DNA of 64,000 nt, taken from IMG/VR virus record IMGVR_UViG_3300030333_004050; one strand, 5' to 3'. Positions 17,653 through 27,829 of the stretch are shown here, in pieces. Every line of letters begins with the position of its first letter. The first letter of the stretch is position 1. Under the pieces are notes generated by a model that ran no database searches, was not told the origin of the DNA, and saw nothing but the letters and a program-made list of their open reading frames with translations. A program made the translations under genes and the position numbers. The DNA comes from an uncultured virus (IMG/VR IMGVR_UViG_3300030333_004050) (lineage: Duplodnaviria; Heunggongvirae; Uroviricota; Caudoviricetes).

Positions 17653-19164
17653 GTGACGACCAATACAGACCGTCTAACGCCCCAACAGGCGCGCGAAATC
17701 GCTCTCTATCCCGATAGGTGGTCACAATACTTCCGCACCATCAATGGTGGTCCATTCCTACTGCATGAGCGTCCTTATCTGATTGAGATATACCGACACT
17801 TCGGCGCGACAGGTAAGAATAAGAAAACGAAAATGATAGTTCTAAAGTGCAGTCGAAAAGTCGAGAAGACTGAGACAATCTGTAATCTCCTTCTCTATGG
17901 ACTGTTGAACATACCATACTTCAACGCCGTTTATACTGCGCCCCGTCAACCACAGGTGACGAGGTTTGTTGACGAGAGATTCAACGGCGCGCTAATGTCG
18001 TCAATCAATGGCGGCTGTTTGTTGAAGCCACGAGTGAAGACTTCGGTCAGTCACCAAACCTTCGACATCGGAGCAAGAAATCTCAATCATTTCTATGCCT
18101 ACTCCAACTGGGGTGACGCACACGCGTTGTTAGGAGTCGAAGCGGACTTGTGTTGCATCGACGAATACCAGGATTCTGACTCGGATGTTTTGCCGATGTT
18201 GATTGAGATGCTTGCACAATCTGAGTATAAGTGGGTGGTTGTTAGTGGAACTGCGCGTGAGCAAGGTTCGGAGTTTTGGAAACTATGGGAGAAGTCCACT
18301 AAGGGCGAGTGGGATGGCGAACACTGGGTGCATGGAGAGTCTGACATTATCGGTTATCACATCAGTCAAGAGATGCACCCCGATATTGACGAAGAAGATA
18401 TTGAATACAAACGGAACACATACACTCCACGAAGATTCGCAAACGAAGTGCTGGGTGAGTTCTTCGCAGGGGCTACGAAGCCCCTTACATTCGATGTCGC
18501 GCTCCAGGCTTGCGACCGCGATTTGTTGAGGAACGAGAAAGGATTGACACCACCCGCCGAATCAGTGATGGGTATTGACTGGGGCAACGAGACAACTGTC
18601 GTCATCATGACAAAGGAAGGAACGATTCTCGATGCTCTCAAATTGGATTCAAGGGCTGACCACGAGTCGGATGAGGTAGCAGTCATCAAAGACCTAATGC
18701 TACGCTACAACTGCACACAAGTTGTTGCAGACATAGGATATGGCGCAAGGCAGGTGAAGGAACTCCAACAGGAGTTCGGCGAGCGAGTCCGTTCGTGCTA
18801 CTACTCATCTCGGCCGATGACTCCGTTTGAATACAAGCGTCGAGACAACAATCGGAATCTCATCTATATGTTGGTGGTTGATAGAACGACCTATGTTGAA
18901 GAAACGATTGAAGCAATCAAGAATAACGAGATACGACTTCCCTACGGAGATACTTCGTTAGAATGGGTCTTGCACGAATGGTGCAGTTTGAACTCGTCAG
19001 CAGAAAATGACGAAAAAGACACTCGGCCTGTTCGGGGTCAGAAGTTGACTAAGTATGGAAGAGACGGAGATGACCACGCCTTCCACGCTCTCCTGTATGC
19101 GAGACTTGCGGCTGAATTGGTCGAAGATATTGGAATGCCCGAAGTAAGGGTATTCGGGGCATAG
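17653..19164 (+). CDS. terL: Terminase large subunit
   Basis: Walker A variant SRKVEKT, Walker B CCIDEYQ, motif III SGT, nuclease MGIDWG, VADIGYG, DDHAFHA; upstream of the portal gene. Confidence 0.88.
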   Translation: MTTNTDRLTPQQAREIALYPDRWSQYFRTINGGPFLLHERPYLIEIYRHFGATGKNKKTKMIVLKCSRKVEKTETICNLLLYGLLNIPYFNAVYTAPRQPQVTRFVDERFNGALMSSINGGCLLKPRVKTSVSHQTFDIGARNLNHFYAYSNWGDAHALLGVEADLCCIDEYQDSDSDVLPMLIEMLAQSEYKWVVVSGTAREQGSEFWKLWEKSTKGEWDGEHWVHGESDIIGYHISQEMHPDIDEEDIEYKRNTYTPRRFANEVLGEFFAGATKPLTFDVALQACDRDLLRNEKGLTPPAESVMGIDWGNETTVVIMTKEGTILDALKLDSRADHESDEVAVIKDLMLRYNCTQVVADIGYGARQVKELQQEFGERVRSCYYSSRPMTPFEYKRRDNNRNLIYMLVVDRTTYVEETIEAIKNNEIRLPYGDTSLEWVLHEWCSLNSSAENDEKDTRPVRGQKLTKYGRDGDDHAFHALLYARLAAELVEDIGMPEVRVFGA

Positions 19165-19194
19165 TGAATAACCACTTTGCATTTGCCTTCGGTC

Positions 19195-19443
19195 ATGAGT
19201 GACGGCGACGCTTCGCTTGAGATGATGAGAGCAATGCAAGACGACATTAGAACCATCCGTGATAATCACTTATTCCATATTGAAAAAGACATGAGAGAAA
19301 CGAGAGAGCAAGTGGTTCAGATAGACGCTCGCTTAGAATCCGTTGAATCATTTGTTGAGGAAATCAAAGCATTGCTGAAGAAGTATGCCTGGTATATCGT
19401 CGGTTTGGTATGCGCGTCCGTAGGCGCACCAATGATGATGTGA
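19195..19443 (+). CDS. Coiled-coil protein with C-terminal membrane anchor
   Basis: IRDNHLFHIEKD coiled coil then a hydrophobic tail. Confidence 0.65.
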   Translation: MSDGDASLEMMRAMQDDIRTIRDNHLFHIEKDMRETREQVVQIDARLESVESFVEEIKALLKKYAWYIVGLVCASVGAPMMM

Positions 19444-19548
19444 TTCGATGAATGATGGAGATGCGGCCTGCACTTTGATATGTGGCTTAGTTATCATTCT
19501 TGAATGGTTCATTTATGTTGCAGTTAGTGAGTTATTTGACAGGGTGAG

Positions 19549-20178
19549 ATGATGGCTTACGCGGAGATGATTCAGACGAGCATACTCTCAGTTTTGCTCG
19601 CGCTCCTGTGCAGTGCGGCTATCTATATGGGATTGTTGCTTATATACTTTGTTAGAAATACAGTCATAAACCATCGGTTATCACAGAAAATACCACCCTT
19701 AGAGAGCGTGTTAGAAATGAAGATGGGAAACCCAAACGAGAAACTGATGCTCACATTCGGATTTATGGTTGTAGTGATGTGGGTTCTGATAGCGGCCGTT
19801 GCATCATACTTCTCAATCGTCGATGAAAGAGAAATCACCGACTCACAATTAACGGTCATTGGTCTTCTCGGTGGTCCGGCACTTCTGATTATTACTTCTG
19901 TTCTCGACCTATTCAAAGGAAAAGAATCGGCTAAGATTAGCATACTACCCGACCAACTCGACGGGCAAGTCCAACAGGCTAAGGCAATCGAGGAACACAC
20001 ACGCGCGTTAGAATCAATGCGTCTTCAACACGACTTAGACATGGAGAAGATGCAGAAGGCGCACGAACTAAACATGGAAGCATTCAGTGTGACCGGAACT
20101 AACTCAGTCGCAACCGGACCTACTACTCCTAAGTCATCTCAAGTGCCTGCTACAAAGAAGCCGAAGAAGACTGAGTGA
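19549..20178 (+). CDS. Membrane protein (2-3 TM segments), possible lysis or egress role
   Basis: Hydrophobic stretches followed by a coiled coil and a basic tail. Confidence 0.65.
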   Translation: MMAYAEMIQTSILSVLLALLCSAAIYMGLLLIYFVRNTVINHRLSQKIPPLESVLEMKMGNPNEKLMLTFGFMVVVMWVLIAAVASYFSIVDEREITDSQLTVIGLLGGPALLIITSVLDLFKGKESAKISILPDQLDGQVQQAKAIEEHTRALESMRLQHDLDMEKMQKAHELNMEAFSVTGTNSVATGPTTPKSSQVPATKKPKKTE

Positions 20179-20264
20179 TTCTTCATGCGAGATGATTCGG
20201 GAATAACTCTCGATGTTCCCGACTGGCTGGAGTCAATTCTTAGATTCATAGGAGTGTTAGTCTG

Positions 20265-20606
20265 ATGTGGGAATACTTTGCAGATGTTCTTCGAGTGGTC
20301 GATGGCGACACAGTCGATGTGCGCGTGGACTTAGGATTCAATGTTCATTTCAAAGTCCGAGTTAGATTACACGGATTGAATGCGCCGGAATCTCGGACTC
20401 GAAATAAGGAAGAGAAGATTCGTGGCCTGGCCGCAAAGGAAAGATTAGAGGAACTATGTAAGGACGGCCGTATAGTAGTGAAGTCTCACGGTGTAGGTAA
20501 GTTCGGGAGATGCTTAGGGGAACTCAAAACTCTAAGCGGACGCAACATCAACAAGACTCTCATTTCAGAAGGACACGCCGTCGAGTATCATGGTGGAAAA
20601 CGCTGA
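20265..20606 (+). CDS. Thermonuclease (staphylococcal nuclease-like)
   Basis: RVVDGDT...VRLHGLNAPE...GKFGRCL...IN-x-x-LISEGHA. Confidence 0.9.
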   Translation: MWEYFADVLRVVDGDTVDVRVDLGFNVHFKVRVRLHGLNAPESRTRNKEEKIRGLAAKERLEELCKDGRIVVKSHGVGKFGRCLGELKTLSGRNINKTLISEGHAVEYHGGKR

Positions 20607-20608
20607 TA

Positions 20609-20644
20609 GCGTAAATGTTATATAGGCACACCCTGTCCGCTAAA
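20609..20644 (+). promoter_or_regulatory. Class I promoter driving ncRNA-A
   Basis: TAAATGTTATATAGGCACACCC; TTATATA at 20618. Confidence 0.75.
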
Positions 20645-20993
20645 ATGTAGTTGGGGGCGAACTGAACACTCGCCCCTCTTAGTCGGACAACAGGTGGGTT
20701 CACCCGCCAGTCGCAGACGGTAAATCAGACGAGCATTCGAGCAACTAATGATGTCTGAACCATTCTCCTACTCATGCCCTATACAGATTGAAACGGGGTG
20801 ACGCGGACGGTAAAATACGCCCCTGTGTGTAGCGGTCCATCTTAGTCCGGCTTGCTTGATAGTGGAATGGAACGCGCAAACCGACGGGTGATGGTCGGGT
20901 TGCTATTGCGCGGGGCGGCGGCCTGCAATCCCAAAAGCCACATCGAGAAGGCCGAAATATGAGAGAAGCACCGTAAAGTAGGCAAAACTACAT
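20645..20993 (+). ncRNA. Candidate structured ncRNA-A (~349 nt)
   Basis: No credible ORF; terminal stem ATGTAGTT/AACTACAT; 5' hairpin GGGGCGA-ACTGAACAC-TCGCCCC shared with ncRNA-B; internal TCAGAC/GTCTGA stem. Confidence 0.65.
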
Positions 20994-21034
20994 CTTCATA
21001 TACGCTTAAAAGCCATATCTGACTGGCTATTATC

Positions 21035-21286
21035 ATGGAGTTAGCATTGGATATAGACACCTTGCTACTGGCGGTCGTGGTTCTCGCAATCTTAGTGCCT
21101 GCCGTAATATGGGGTCTAAGACGCTACCAACAGTTAATGGCCGATGGTAAAATCACATTGAGTGAAGCCCTCGACGCTATCGAGGATGGAGCGGAAATCG
21201 CCAAAGACGCCAAAGAAGAAATCGAAGATGCGATAGACGCGCATAAGGCAAAGAAGGAAGCCGAGTCGAATGACACGAGCGAGTGA
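21035..21286 (+). CDS. Small membrane protein (N-terminal TM)
   Basis: One TM helix then DGKITL-x-E and an acidic coiled coil. Confidence 0.7.
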   Translation: MELALDIDTLLLAVVVLAILVPAVIWGLRRYQQLMADGKITLSEALDAIEDGAEIAKDAKEEIEDAIDAHKAKKEAESNDTSE

Positions 21287-21426
21287 TTTCAGATATTGCC
21301 TCGAAGGACCAGTGGATAGTTGCGCGTCGTTGGGTATTCCCGAAACCCAGTGGTGCGTCTGTTGTCGCATCAAAACCCTCGAAGTTAATCCGACATCGTG
21401 ATAAATCGTCGTGAGGACGGCTTACT

Positions 21427-22911
21427 ATGGCTGAGGAACGCAGACGCCTTCGAGATATTTTCAGAAGGCGTGAAACATCGTCGGCTGAAATCAAAATGCC
21501 GGACAGTGAACCAGCCGATTTAGTATGGGATGGAAAGGCGTTGGCCTCTCTATCAAAAATCGCTACTGTGTCTTCTAAGCGTCAAGGCGCGGGTGGTGCT
21601 GATACCGAAGTCTCGTATCATTTGCTTCGAGATATTTCCTTGAAGAGTGAAGTTGTGAATGCTATCCTACGGAGAACCGTCGATGATGTGCTGGCGAACG
21701 GCTACGAGTTCGCTCTCGCTCCAGGTGTTGAAGAAGGAGAAGAGGCTCAGTTAAACCGACTTCGTGAGTTCATGAAAACTCCAAACCCCGACGACATGGG
21801 TGATGAATGGTTAGAGTCTCTCGTCTATGACCTTGCATTATTCGGAGACGCATACCTTGAGTTGGATGGGTCGAATGACAAGAGCAACAAGAACGGAGAG
21901 GACTGGGTATTCGACGGCGACTTAGTTAGTGTGTGGCCTGTTCCGGCGGAGACAATCAAACTACTACCAGGCAATATGCGACCTAAACCACCTAAGATGG
22001 CGTATATCCAAAGCATACAGAAAAACAAGCGTCGCTTCGCTACAAACAAGATTCTTCACATCTCGAAGTTCAAACACGGAAGAGGCTACGGAACTTCACC
22101 ACTTATTCCACTCCTTAACATCATAGCCGGACAGATGAACCTAAGCAACTATCTCAACGAACTTTTCACAGGAACTTTGCCGAAGACAATCCTGAATGTT
22201 GGAGACATTTCTAATTCTGAAATGAAGGCCATGCTTAGTTTGTTGGAGCAACAACTGACATCCGGTAAGTCTCCATTCGGACTCGTAGCAATCAACGGCG
22301 GGTCGGGATTCAATATGCACAGGCTGATTGACTCAACTCGTGAAGGGCAACAGTTGGACTTACTATACTACTACCGCGAAGAGATATGCGCGGTCTTTGG
22401 TATTCCACCAATGAAACTCGGATGGGTTCAGACTGGAAAGTTAGCCAACCCCGAACAGCAATTAGACGCGTGGTATGATGTGGTCGAGTCTTACCACCAC
22501 AGACTATCCGCCGCCATCAATAACAAACTACTACCACTTCTCGGTGTGACTGACTTTGTAGTCAAGTTCAACACAATACGACCTTCAAGAGAGAGCGAGA
22601 GAGCAGACACATTCCGCCTACAAGCACAGGCAGTCGCCAACCTAAGACAGGAAGCGGCAATCAGCATTAACGAAGCGCGCGAGGTATTGGGGCTTGAGCC
22701 ATTACTTGACAATGAAGATGCAAACGACCCATTCTATCTCAGCCCTAAGTTAGCAATTAACAAAGGTAAGGTTGAGGACGGCGAAGGTGAAGATGATGAC
22801 CAAAGCACCGAAGAAGTCGCAGAAGACTTAGTCGAAGAAGGGATAGTATTCGATATGGAAGAACTCGTTGATTACCGCTTACTCGGTATTGAGAACGAGG
22901 ACTTGACATGA
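21427..22911 (+). CDS. Portal protein (HK97-like)
   Basis: PNP...DLALFGDAYLE...GYGTSPL...EEICAVFGIPP...ISINEAR-x-x-LGL. Confidence 0.92.
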   Translation: MAEERRRLRDIFRRRETSSAEIKMPDSEPADLVWDGKALASLSKIATVSSKRQGAGGADTEVSYHLLRDISLKSEVVNAILRRTVDDVLANGYEFALAPGVEEGEEAQLNRLREFMKTPNPDDMGDEWLESLVYDLALFGDAYLELDGSNDKSNKNGEDWVFDGDLVSVWPVPAETIKLLPGNMRPKPPKMAYIQSIQKNKRRFATNKILHISKFKHGRGYGTSPLIPLLNIIAGQMNLSNYLNELFTGTLPKTILNVGDISNSEMKAMLSLLEQQLTSGKSPFGLVAINGGSGFNMHRLIDSTREGQQLDLLYYYREEICAVFGIPPMKLGWVQTGKLANPEQQLDAWYDVVESYHHRLSAAINNKLLPLLGVTDFVVKFNTIRPSRESERADTFRLQAQAVANLRQEAAISINEAREVLGLEPLLDNEDANDPFYLSPKLAINKGKVEDGEGEDDDQSTEEVAEDLVEEGIVFDMEELVDYRLLGIENEDLT

Positions 22912-23318
22912 AAGCGGGCGTATCACACGGCTTCTTCAGATGCGCTAAGGATTTCCATTTCTTAGGTGCTAACATTGGCGACTCGTTCTCAGAACCAGTG
23001 ACCGATAAACTCGCAAAAGAAATCTTACGAATCTCACAGAAACTCGTTCCCGTAAGAACGGGCGCGCTTAGGGCAACTGGTCGAGTTGTGATGACCAGGC
23101 AAGCAATCAGTAAGTATCGTCGAGGTAAGGAAGTCCGTTATGGAGATTCAAGAGTTCGTTATGCGAATGTTGTTGAGTTTGGACGAATGTCGTTTGCACC
23201 CTTCGCTCCGAGACTCTATCTTACGCGCGCGAACCAGCAAGTGATGATGAAGAATAAGAAAATAGCAAAGAAGGATTTGAAAAAAGTAATCCGAAAGGGA
23301 ATCAAACGGAGATATTGA
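22908..23318 (+). CDS. HK97 gp10-like neck/tail component
   Basis: VPVRTGALR...YANVVEFG...PRLYL motif. Confidence 0.7.
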   Translation: MKAGVSHGFFRCAKDFHFLGANIGDSFSEPVTDKLAKEILRISQKLVPVRTGALRATGRVVMTRQAISKYRRGKEVRYGDSRVRYANVVEFGRMSFAPFAPRLYLTRANQQVMMKNKKIAKKDLKKVIRKGIKRRY

Positions 23319-23319
23319 A

Positions 23320-23688
23320 ATGGCGAAGACAAACTTTCCAAACAGGGGCGACGACCAAAAAGTCAGCCTCGCTAATTCTGAATACAAACAGTTCCCATTA
23401 TCTGAGGCTCAGAAACTCAAGGATGAATGGCCTCAGATATGGAAGAAGGGTGGGAACATTCTCGGTAATACACAATTCAAACGCTTGAAGAAAGTTAAGG
23501 AGACAGGAGTCAAAACTCCAACAGATGAGAAGGCGGTTCGTCTTAGAGAGGCATGGTCGGCTCGTCATTACAAAGACTTCCGACTTGCAGGTGTGGTTGC
23601 TCAGATTAAGTGGCTCATGGTCGGAAGTCGAGGACTTTCACACATGAGGAAAGTCATCAGTGACGAGAAAGCCAGGCTTCGGAAATAA
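23320..23688 (+). CDS. Hypothetical protein in the head module
   Basis: 122-aa basic ORF between portal and protease genes. Confidence 0.7.
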   Translation: MAKTNFPNRGDDQKVSLANSEYKQFPLSEAQKLKDEWPQIWKKGGNILGNTQFKRLKKVKETGVKTPTDEKAVRLREAWSARHYKDFRLAGVVAQIKWLMVGSRGLSHMRKVISDEKARLRK

Positions 23689-23725
23689 GGGAATCCGTCA
23701 TTAACCCCTTCGAGTCCAATGGCCT

Positions 23726-25462
23726 ATGATGGACACGCTATCGGCAACGCTCATCAAGGACCATAGGCTCTTTGATTCAATAGAAGGGGATGAAACGGAA
23801 GCCGTAATTCTCTATCGAGTCGAAACTCCATTCGTTCTAATGAAGGACGCGAATAAGGATGCGACTTCTGATGTCAGAATCAAAGGACCAGTGTATGTCG
23901 GTGACGATGATATGCTGGACCGACACAATGAGTTGGTTGACAATGATGCTATCATGGCCGCATGGGAAGGCTACAAGAAAAATCCAGTAGTCCTGTATAA
24001 TCACTCTAAGACCTACGGAGTCATTGGTGTCATGGAAGATGTGCAGTTGGGGAAGTTCAAGAAACCCGACGGCACTAAGATAGAAGTTCCAATCGGTGTC
24101 GCGCGTATAGATAGTGGCGAGAAGGACATAACCCGAAAGATAAGCAAGGGTATGCTACGAGCATTCTCAATCGGATTCATTGCTAAAGCCGCAGTCAAGG
24201 AATGCAAGGATGAGGATTCATGCTACATGAGATTCACCGAGATTGAGTGGTTAGAAACTTCCGTAGTTGATGTTCCCGCTTCTCCAGGCGCGCTATTCTC
24301 CGTCGAGAAGTCTTTGCTCTCGGCTGACATTTCCAATGTTGATTTCAGCATTGATGAGATATTCGATGCAAACAAAGCCGGACAGTTCCAGGCACAACCG
24401 AAGGTTCACGCTACGGTTCTCCGTAGTGCCGAAGAGAAATCTTGCGGTGGTGGTAGTTCTTGCACTTGCGATTCAAAGGAAGTTGAAACCGAAGAGAAGC
24501 ACATTGTCGCAATCGAAGAGGACGACTCGAATTACTACTTGACATTCGGTAAAGCCGAAGATTTGGACGATATGGACGACGCAGGCTACAAACCCGACGA
24601 TGAAGATAAGGATTTGAAGGGTGTAATCGGAGAACTGCTCGACAGAATTAGTATTCTCGAAGCCACTCTTGAGGCGGCTGAGGAAAAGGGCGGACTAAGC
24701 GATTCCGTTAATACCCCCCTATCGGACTCGGTAGGTTTGATGACTTCCGAGCAAGTAGTTGTTGAAGACGCAGACATTGAGGAAAAGACCCTCGAAGATG
24801 CTGAAATCTCCGATGCAGTGACAACTGAGGAAGTTGTCCTTGAGCCTACTCTTGAAACAAAGGACGCAGATGAGTCCGAAGAGGACGAGGCAGACGAGAC
24901 TGACGCTGAGGACGAGGCAGAAGAAGAGACAGACGAGACTGAGGCTGAGGCTGAGGACGACGACGCTGAGGACGACGACGCTGAGGACGATGCTGACGAA
25001 GAAGTCGAGGAAGAGGACGACGACGCTGAGGCTGATGAAGTCGAAGAGAAGTCCGATGACCTTCCATCCACTGTTGACATCCTAATGCAGGTTGTCAAGG
25101 CTCTAACTGATGTCGAGACATCGGTCGCTAACATGACCGCGCGCATTGACGAGACTGAGGAACTAAAGGCCGCTCTAAACGAGCGAGACGCACACATTCA
25201 AACTCTTACCGAAGAGAAAGCACAGGCTGAACAAGAAGCCGAGATTGAGGCTGAAGTCGCTAAGAGAATCGCCGAGCGTGTAGGGGATGCACCCGCACCA
25301 AAGGCAAAGGCTGAGAGGAAATCCCTCGTGCCTTCATACCCGCCAAAAGAGAAGACTGGCGTGACCAAACTCGACCCCCAACCGTCCGTGACTCCAGGCA
25401 TGGCCGGATTAGCAGGCTGGCTTGAAGGCCGCTTATCGGACAGAACAGGGGTCGAGAACTGA
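23726..25462 (+). CDS. HK97-family prohead protease fused to an acidic scaffold domain
   Basis: DRHNE...NPVVLYNH...AFSIGF...ETSVVDVPASP; acidic and coiled-coil C-terminal half. Confidence 0.9.
   Translation: MMDTLSATLIKDHRLFDSIEGDETEAVILYRVETPFVLMKDANKDATSDVRIKGPVYVGDDDMLDRHNELVDNDAIMAAWEGYKKNPVVLYNHSKTYGVIGVMEDVQLGKFKKPDGTKIEVPIGVARIDSGEKDITRKISKGMLRAFSIGFIAKAAVKECKDEDSCYMRFTEIEWLETSVVDVPASPGALFSVEKSLLSADISNVDFSIDEIFDANKAGQFQAQPKVHATVLRSAEEKSCGGGSSCTCDSKEVETEEKHIVAIEEDDSNYYLTFGKAEDLDDMDDAGYKPDDEDKDLKGVIGELLDRISILEATLEAAEEKGGLSDSVNTPLSDSVGLMTSEQVVVEDADIEEKTLEDAEISDAVTTEEVVLEPTLETKDADESEEDEADETDAEDEAEEETDETEAEAEDDDAEDDDAEDDADEEVEEEDDDAEADEVEEKSDDLPSTVDILMQVVKALTDVETSVANMTARIDETEELKAALNERDAHIQTLTEEKAQAEQEAEIEAEVAKRIAERVGDAPAPKAKAERKSLVPSYPPKEKTGVTKLDPQPSVTPGMAGLAGWLEGRLSDRTGVEN
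24707..24719 (+). promoter_or_regulatory. Class III promoter inside the protease ORF
   Basis: TCCGTTAATACCCCC, same core as the promoter at 26602-26616. Confidence 0.65.
24740..25462 (+). CDS. Nested in-frame scaffolding protein (MTSEQVVV...)
   Basis: In-frame ATG 32 nt after the internal TTAATA; acidic, coiled coil, C-terminal amphipathic helix. Confidence 0.6.
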   Translation: MTSEQVVVEDADIEEKTLEDAEISDAVTTEEVVLEPTLETKDADESEEDEADETDAEDEAEEETDETEAEAEDDDAEDDDAEDDADEEVEEEDDDAEADEVEEKSDDLPSTVDILMQVVKALTDVETSVANMTARIDETEELKAALNERDAHIQTLTEEKAQAEQEAEIEAEVAKRIAERVGDAPAPKAKAERKSLVPSYPPKEKTGVTKLDPQPSVTPGMAGLAGWLEGRLSDRTGVEN

Positions 25463-25484
25463 AACTGAAAAAAGAGGAATTGAG

Positions 25485-26549
25485 ATGACAAGCGAAGAAA
25501 TACAATTTACGGATGTTGTCGAGAGAGTCAAAGCGGCCCTCGCAGGCGCGGCTTCGGCTACTGGCGCAACTTTCCTACCGACCGAAACTGCCGAAGAAAT
25601 AATTGAATTGGTGTATGAGAGAAACTTCATGAGAAGCCTTCTCCCTGCTATGCCTATGTCAAGGAGAATCGTCAAAGTGCCTAAGTTAACTGGCTCAATT
25701 GACTTCCACCAGCAGACTCTAACAAACACTGAGTCCGGTGACTCCCCGACAGAAAGCCGCCATGCAACCAACGAGATTACACTTGAGTTGAAGACCATGA
25801 TGGCTAACATCCCTATCGGAAATTACCTGGTAGCGTATGGTGTTGAGGGTCTTCTATCTGTTCTCCGTGAGGACATTGCGAGCCGACTGGCTTTCAACGA
25901 GGCTAACCTATTCATCAATGCTGACACTGAGTCAACATTGGCTGACAACATCATGGGTGCTTACAACGCTTCAACCAACACTGGCGGTATCTCAACCACC
26001 AGTGGAAGCGAGAAGAACGACTACCTACTCGTCTTTGACGGGCTAAGGAAGTCCGCTTCCGCATCCGCAGTCTCCGTTAGCGGAACTTTTGCTCTATCAC
26101 ACCTACGAAGTGCTATCTCCAATCTCGGAGTATATGCAGACAACAGGGATGACTTGGCGTTTATCGTTCCACGAAACCTTGAGGTTCAACTACTCGGTCT
26201 AACTGAGTTGCAGACTGTTGACAAGTATGGTCCAGCCGCTACTATCCTAAACGGAGAAGTAGGACGAATCTATGGAATCCGCACCTTCGCAACTGGTGTA
26301 ATCCCAACCAACCAGGCATACGACGGAACTTCCGATGCTGGCTCATCCAGCACTCAGACTTCCGCTCTTCTAACCCATGTTAGAAGCCCAATGGTCGGAA
26401 ACTCCACTGTTGCCGAGCGAAGATTCAGCATTGGATTCCACGACGAGCCAACTAAGGACAGGTTCGTATTGATTCCAAAGCAAGATGTGGCGTTTGCAGT
26501 CCGCTATGGCCCAGCCATTTGCGAACTACAAGGCATTAACACAGTCTAA
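25485..26549 (+). CDS. Major capsid protein (HK97 fold)
   Basis: Position after the scaffold; GATFLPTE-x-A-x-x-II, FINAD, FDGL-x-K, GRIYGI. Confidence 0.88.
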   Translation: MTSEEIQFTDVVERVKAALAGAASATGATFLPTETAEEIIELVYERNFMRSLLPAMPMSRRIVKVPKLTGSIDFHQQTLTNTESGDSPTESRHATNEITLELKTMMANIPIGNYLVAYGVEGLLSVLREDIASRLAFNEANLFINADTESTLADNIMGAYNASTNTGGISTTSGSEKNDYLLVFDGLRKSASASAVSVSGTFALSHLRSAISNLGVYADNRDDLAFIVPRNLEVQLLGLTELQTVDKYGPAATILNGEVGRIYGIRTFATGVIPTNQAYDGTSDAGSSSTQTSALLTHVRSPMVGNSTVAERRFSIGFHDEPTKDRFVLIPKQDVAFAVRYGPAICELQGINTV

Positions 26550-26604
26550 GCAGGTGAAATGTAAGTTGTAGGGTGTGGGGCTTTGCCCCCGCCTTGACGA
26601 CTCC

Positions 26605-26616
26605 GTTAATACCCCC
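26605..26616 (+). promoter_or_regulatory. Class III promoter
   Basis: GTTAATACCCCC, ATG at 26635. Confidence 0.7.
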
Positions 26617-26634
26617 GTTTGGGTCTGTTGTAGC

Positions 26635-27273
26635 ATGGCTGAGATTGACTACTGCACTCTCGCTGATGTTGAGATGTATGCAGGTGTGGACTTTTCCGAA
26701 GGTATCGGTCCTACTGACGCTCAGATAGCGAGCATGATAACCAATGCTTCACGCATGGTTGATGCTTACGCTGGACGACAGTTAGCGGGAACTGAATCAC
26801 ATACAGAACACTTTGACGCATACTACGGCACACGACACATCACATTGGCTCAACGCCCAGTGGTGTCTGTATCATCCGTTGTCACCATAGACTCGAATGG
26901 TAATGAGACTACACTGGATGAAGGAAGACAGCGCGCGACTCACGACTGGTGGCTCGACGACGCTGACGCTGGTATCATTAGATTTCATTTTGCTAAGGCT
27001 GAACACCTACGGCAATACATCAAGGTGACATACACCGCAGGTAAGGCGACCGCACCAATAGAAGCGAAGATGGCGACCATAATGTTGGTAGCGAGACAGT
27101 GCGCGAGAGCGGCACTCAATGATGAGAACTGCACCGAGCGCATGAAGGCGTTTTGGCGACCCCTACTGGCCTCAACCGAGAAGGAATACAAAGAGATGCT
27201 CGACCGTGTGAAGCGTATGGCTCTCGTAGGTGTATCGACATACGGCATCTATGATACCACGCGGACGAGGTAA
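26635..27273 (+). CDS. Head-tail adaptor (gp6/gp15-like)
   Basis: YCTLADV...AS-x-x-VD-x-Y-x-GR...PVVSVSSV...IKVTYTAG...P. Confidence 0.8.
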   Translation: MAEIDYCTLADVEMYAGVDFSEGIGPTDAQIASMITNASRMVDAYAGRQLAGTESHTEHFDAYYGTRHITLAQRPVVSVSSVVTIDSNGNETTLDEGRQRATHDWWLDDADAGIIRFHFAKAEHLRQYIKVTYTAGKATAPIEAKMATIMLVARQCARAALNDENCTERMKAFWRPLLASTEKEYKEMLDRVKRMALVGVSTYGIYDTTRTR

Positions 27274-27278
27274 TCAAG

Positions 27279-27785
27279 ATGGCGATTACAGATAGTGGAG
27301 TTCCAACAACCGACCCACATACAATGCTCAAGACTCTCATTACGGACCACCTGGTATCTCCCGACGGAGTATGGACGCCCGTAGTTAACACTGGGTGGTT
27401 AGAGTTCAAGCGACAGAAAACATACCAAATCTCAATCATGCCTTCGTATGGTGAATCCGAAGATTCTCACTTTTCGGGTGCAACAACCATGCCTAAGACT
27501 GTATCTCAATTCTTTGTAGTCACACTTTATGCTCCAACGAGAGCGAAACATTGGGATTTATTTCAGAAGTTCACTGACCTAATGAATACGCGCGCCCTTA
27601 CTTGCCCCGACCTTACAGGGCAAGGAGTTGATGGTTCAGACTATCACTTTGTCAAGATGTTCCGGTCGGATTCGGTGAAAGCCATTGAACTCGAAAGCCC
27701 GAAGAAGGGTATGGGTGGTGATGCGGAAGGTGACTGCATCGGCTACCAGTCTCACCATAATATCTTGATTCGTTGGAATGAGTAA
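27279..27785 (+). CDS. Probable tail terminator/neck protein
   Basis: Size and position after the adaptor gene. Confidence 0.5.
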   Translation: MAITDSGVPTTDPHTMLKTLITDHLVSPDGVWTPVVNTGWLEFKRQKTYQISIMPSYGESEDSHFSGATTMPKTVSQFFVVTLYAPTRAKHWDLFQKFTDLMNTRALTCPDLTGQGVDGSDYHFVKMFRSDSVKAIELESPKKGMGGDAEGDCIGYQSHHNILIRWNE

Positions 27786-27829
27786 GTGATATACCCTAAT
27801 TCTTATATACCCTAACCCCTTCCCATAGA
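27782..27829 (+). promoter_or_regulatory. Class I promoter cassette driving ncRNA-B
   Basis: GTAAGTGATATACCCTAATTCTTATATACCCTAACCCC, near-identical at 29036 and 29193. Confidence 0.8.

Noticed and set aside
20645..20993. tmRNA (about 350 nt, GGGGGCGA near the 5' end)
   Set aside because: The G-run pairs locally in a hairpin, and there is no 3' T-arm/CCACCA end or tag ORF.
24940..25030. GCTGAGGACGACGAC tandem repeats
   Set aside because: They encode the AEDDD low-complexity linker of the scaffold and are not an independent DNA element.
24586..25197. Ser-rich minus-strand ORF (also 13735..14385, 31349..32029 and many other antisense ORFs)
   Set aside because: These are shadows of plus-strand genes; the Ser runs mirror Asp/Glu codons.
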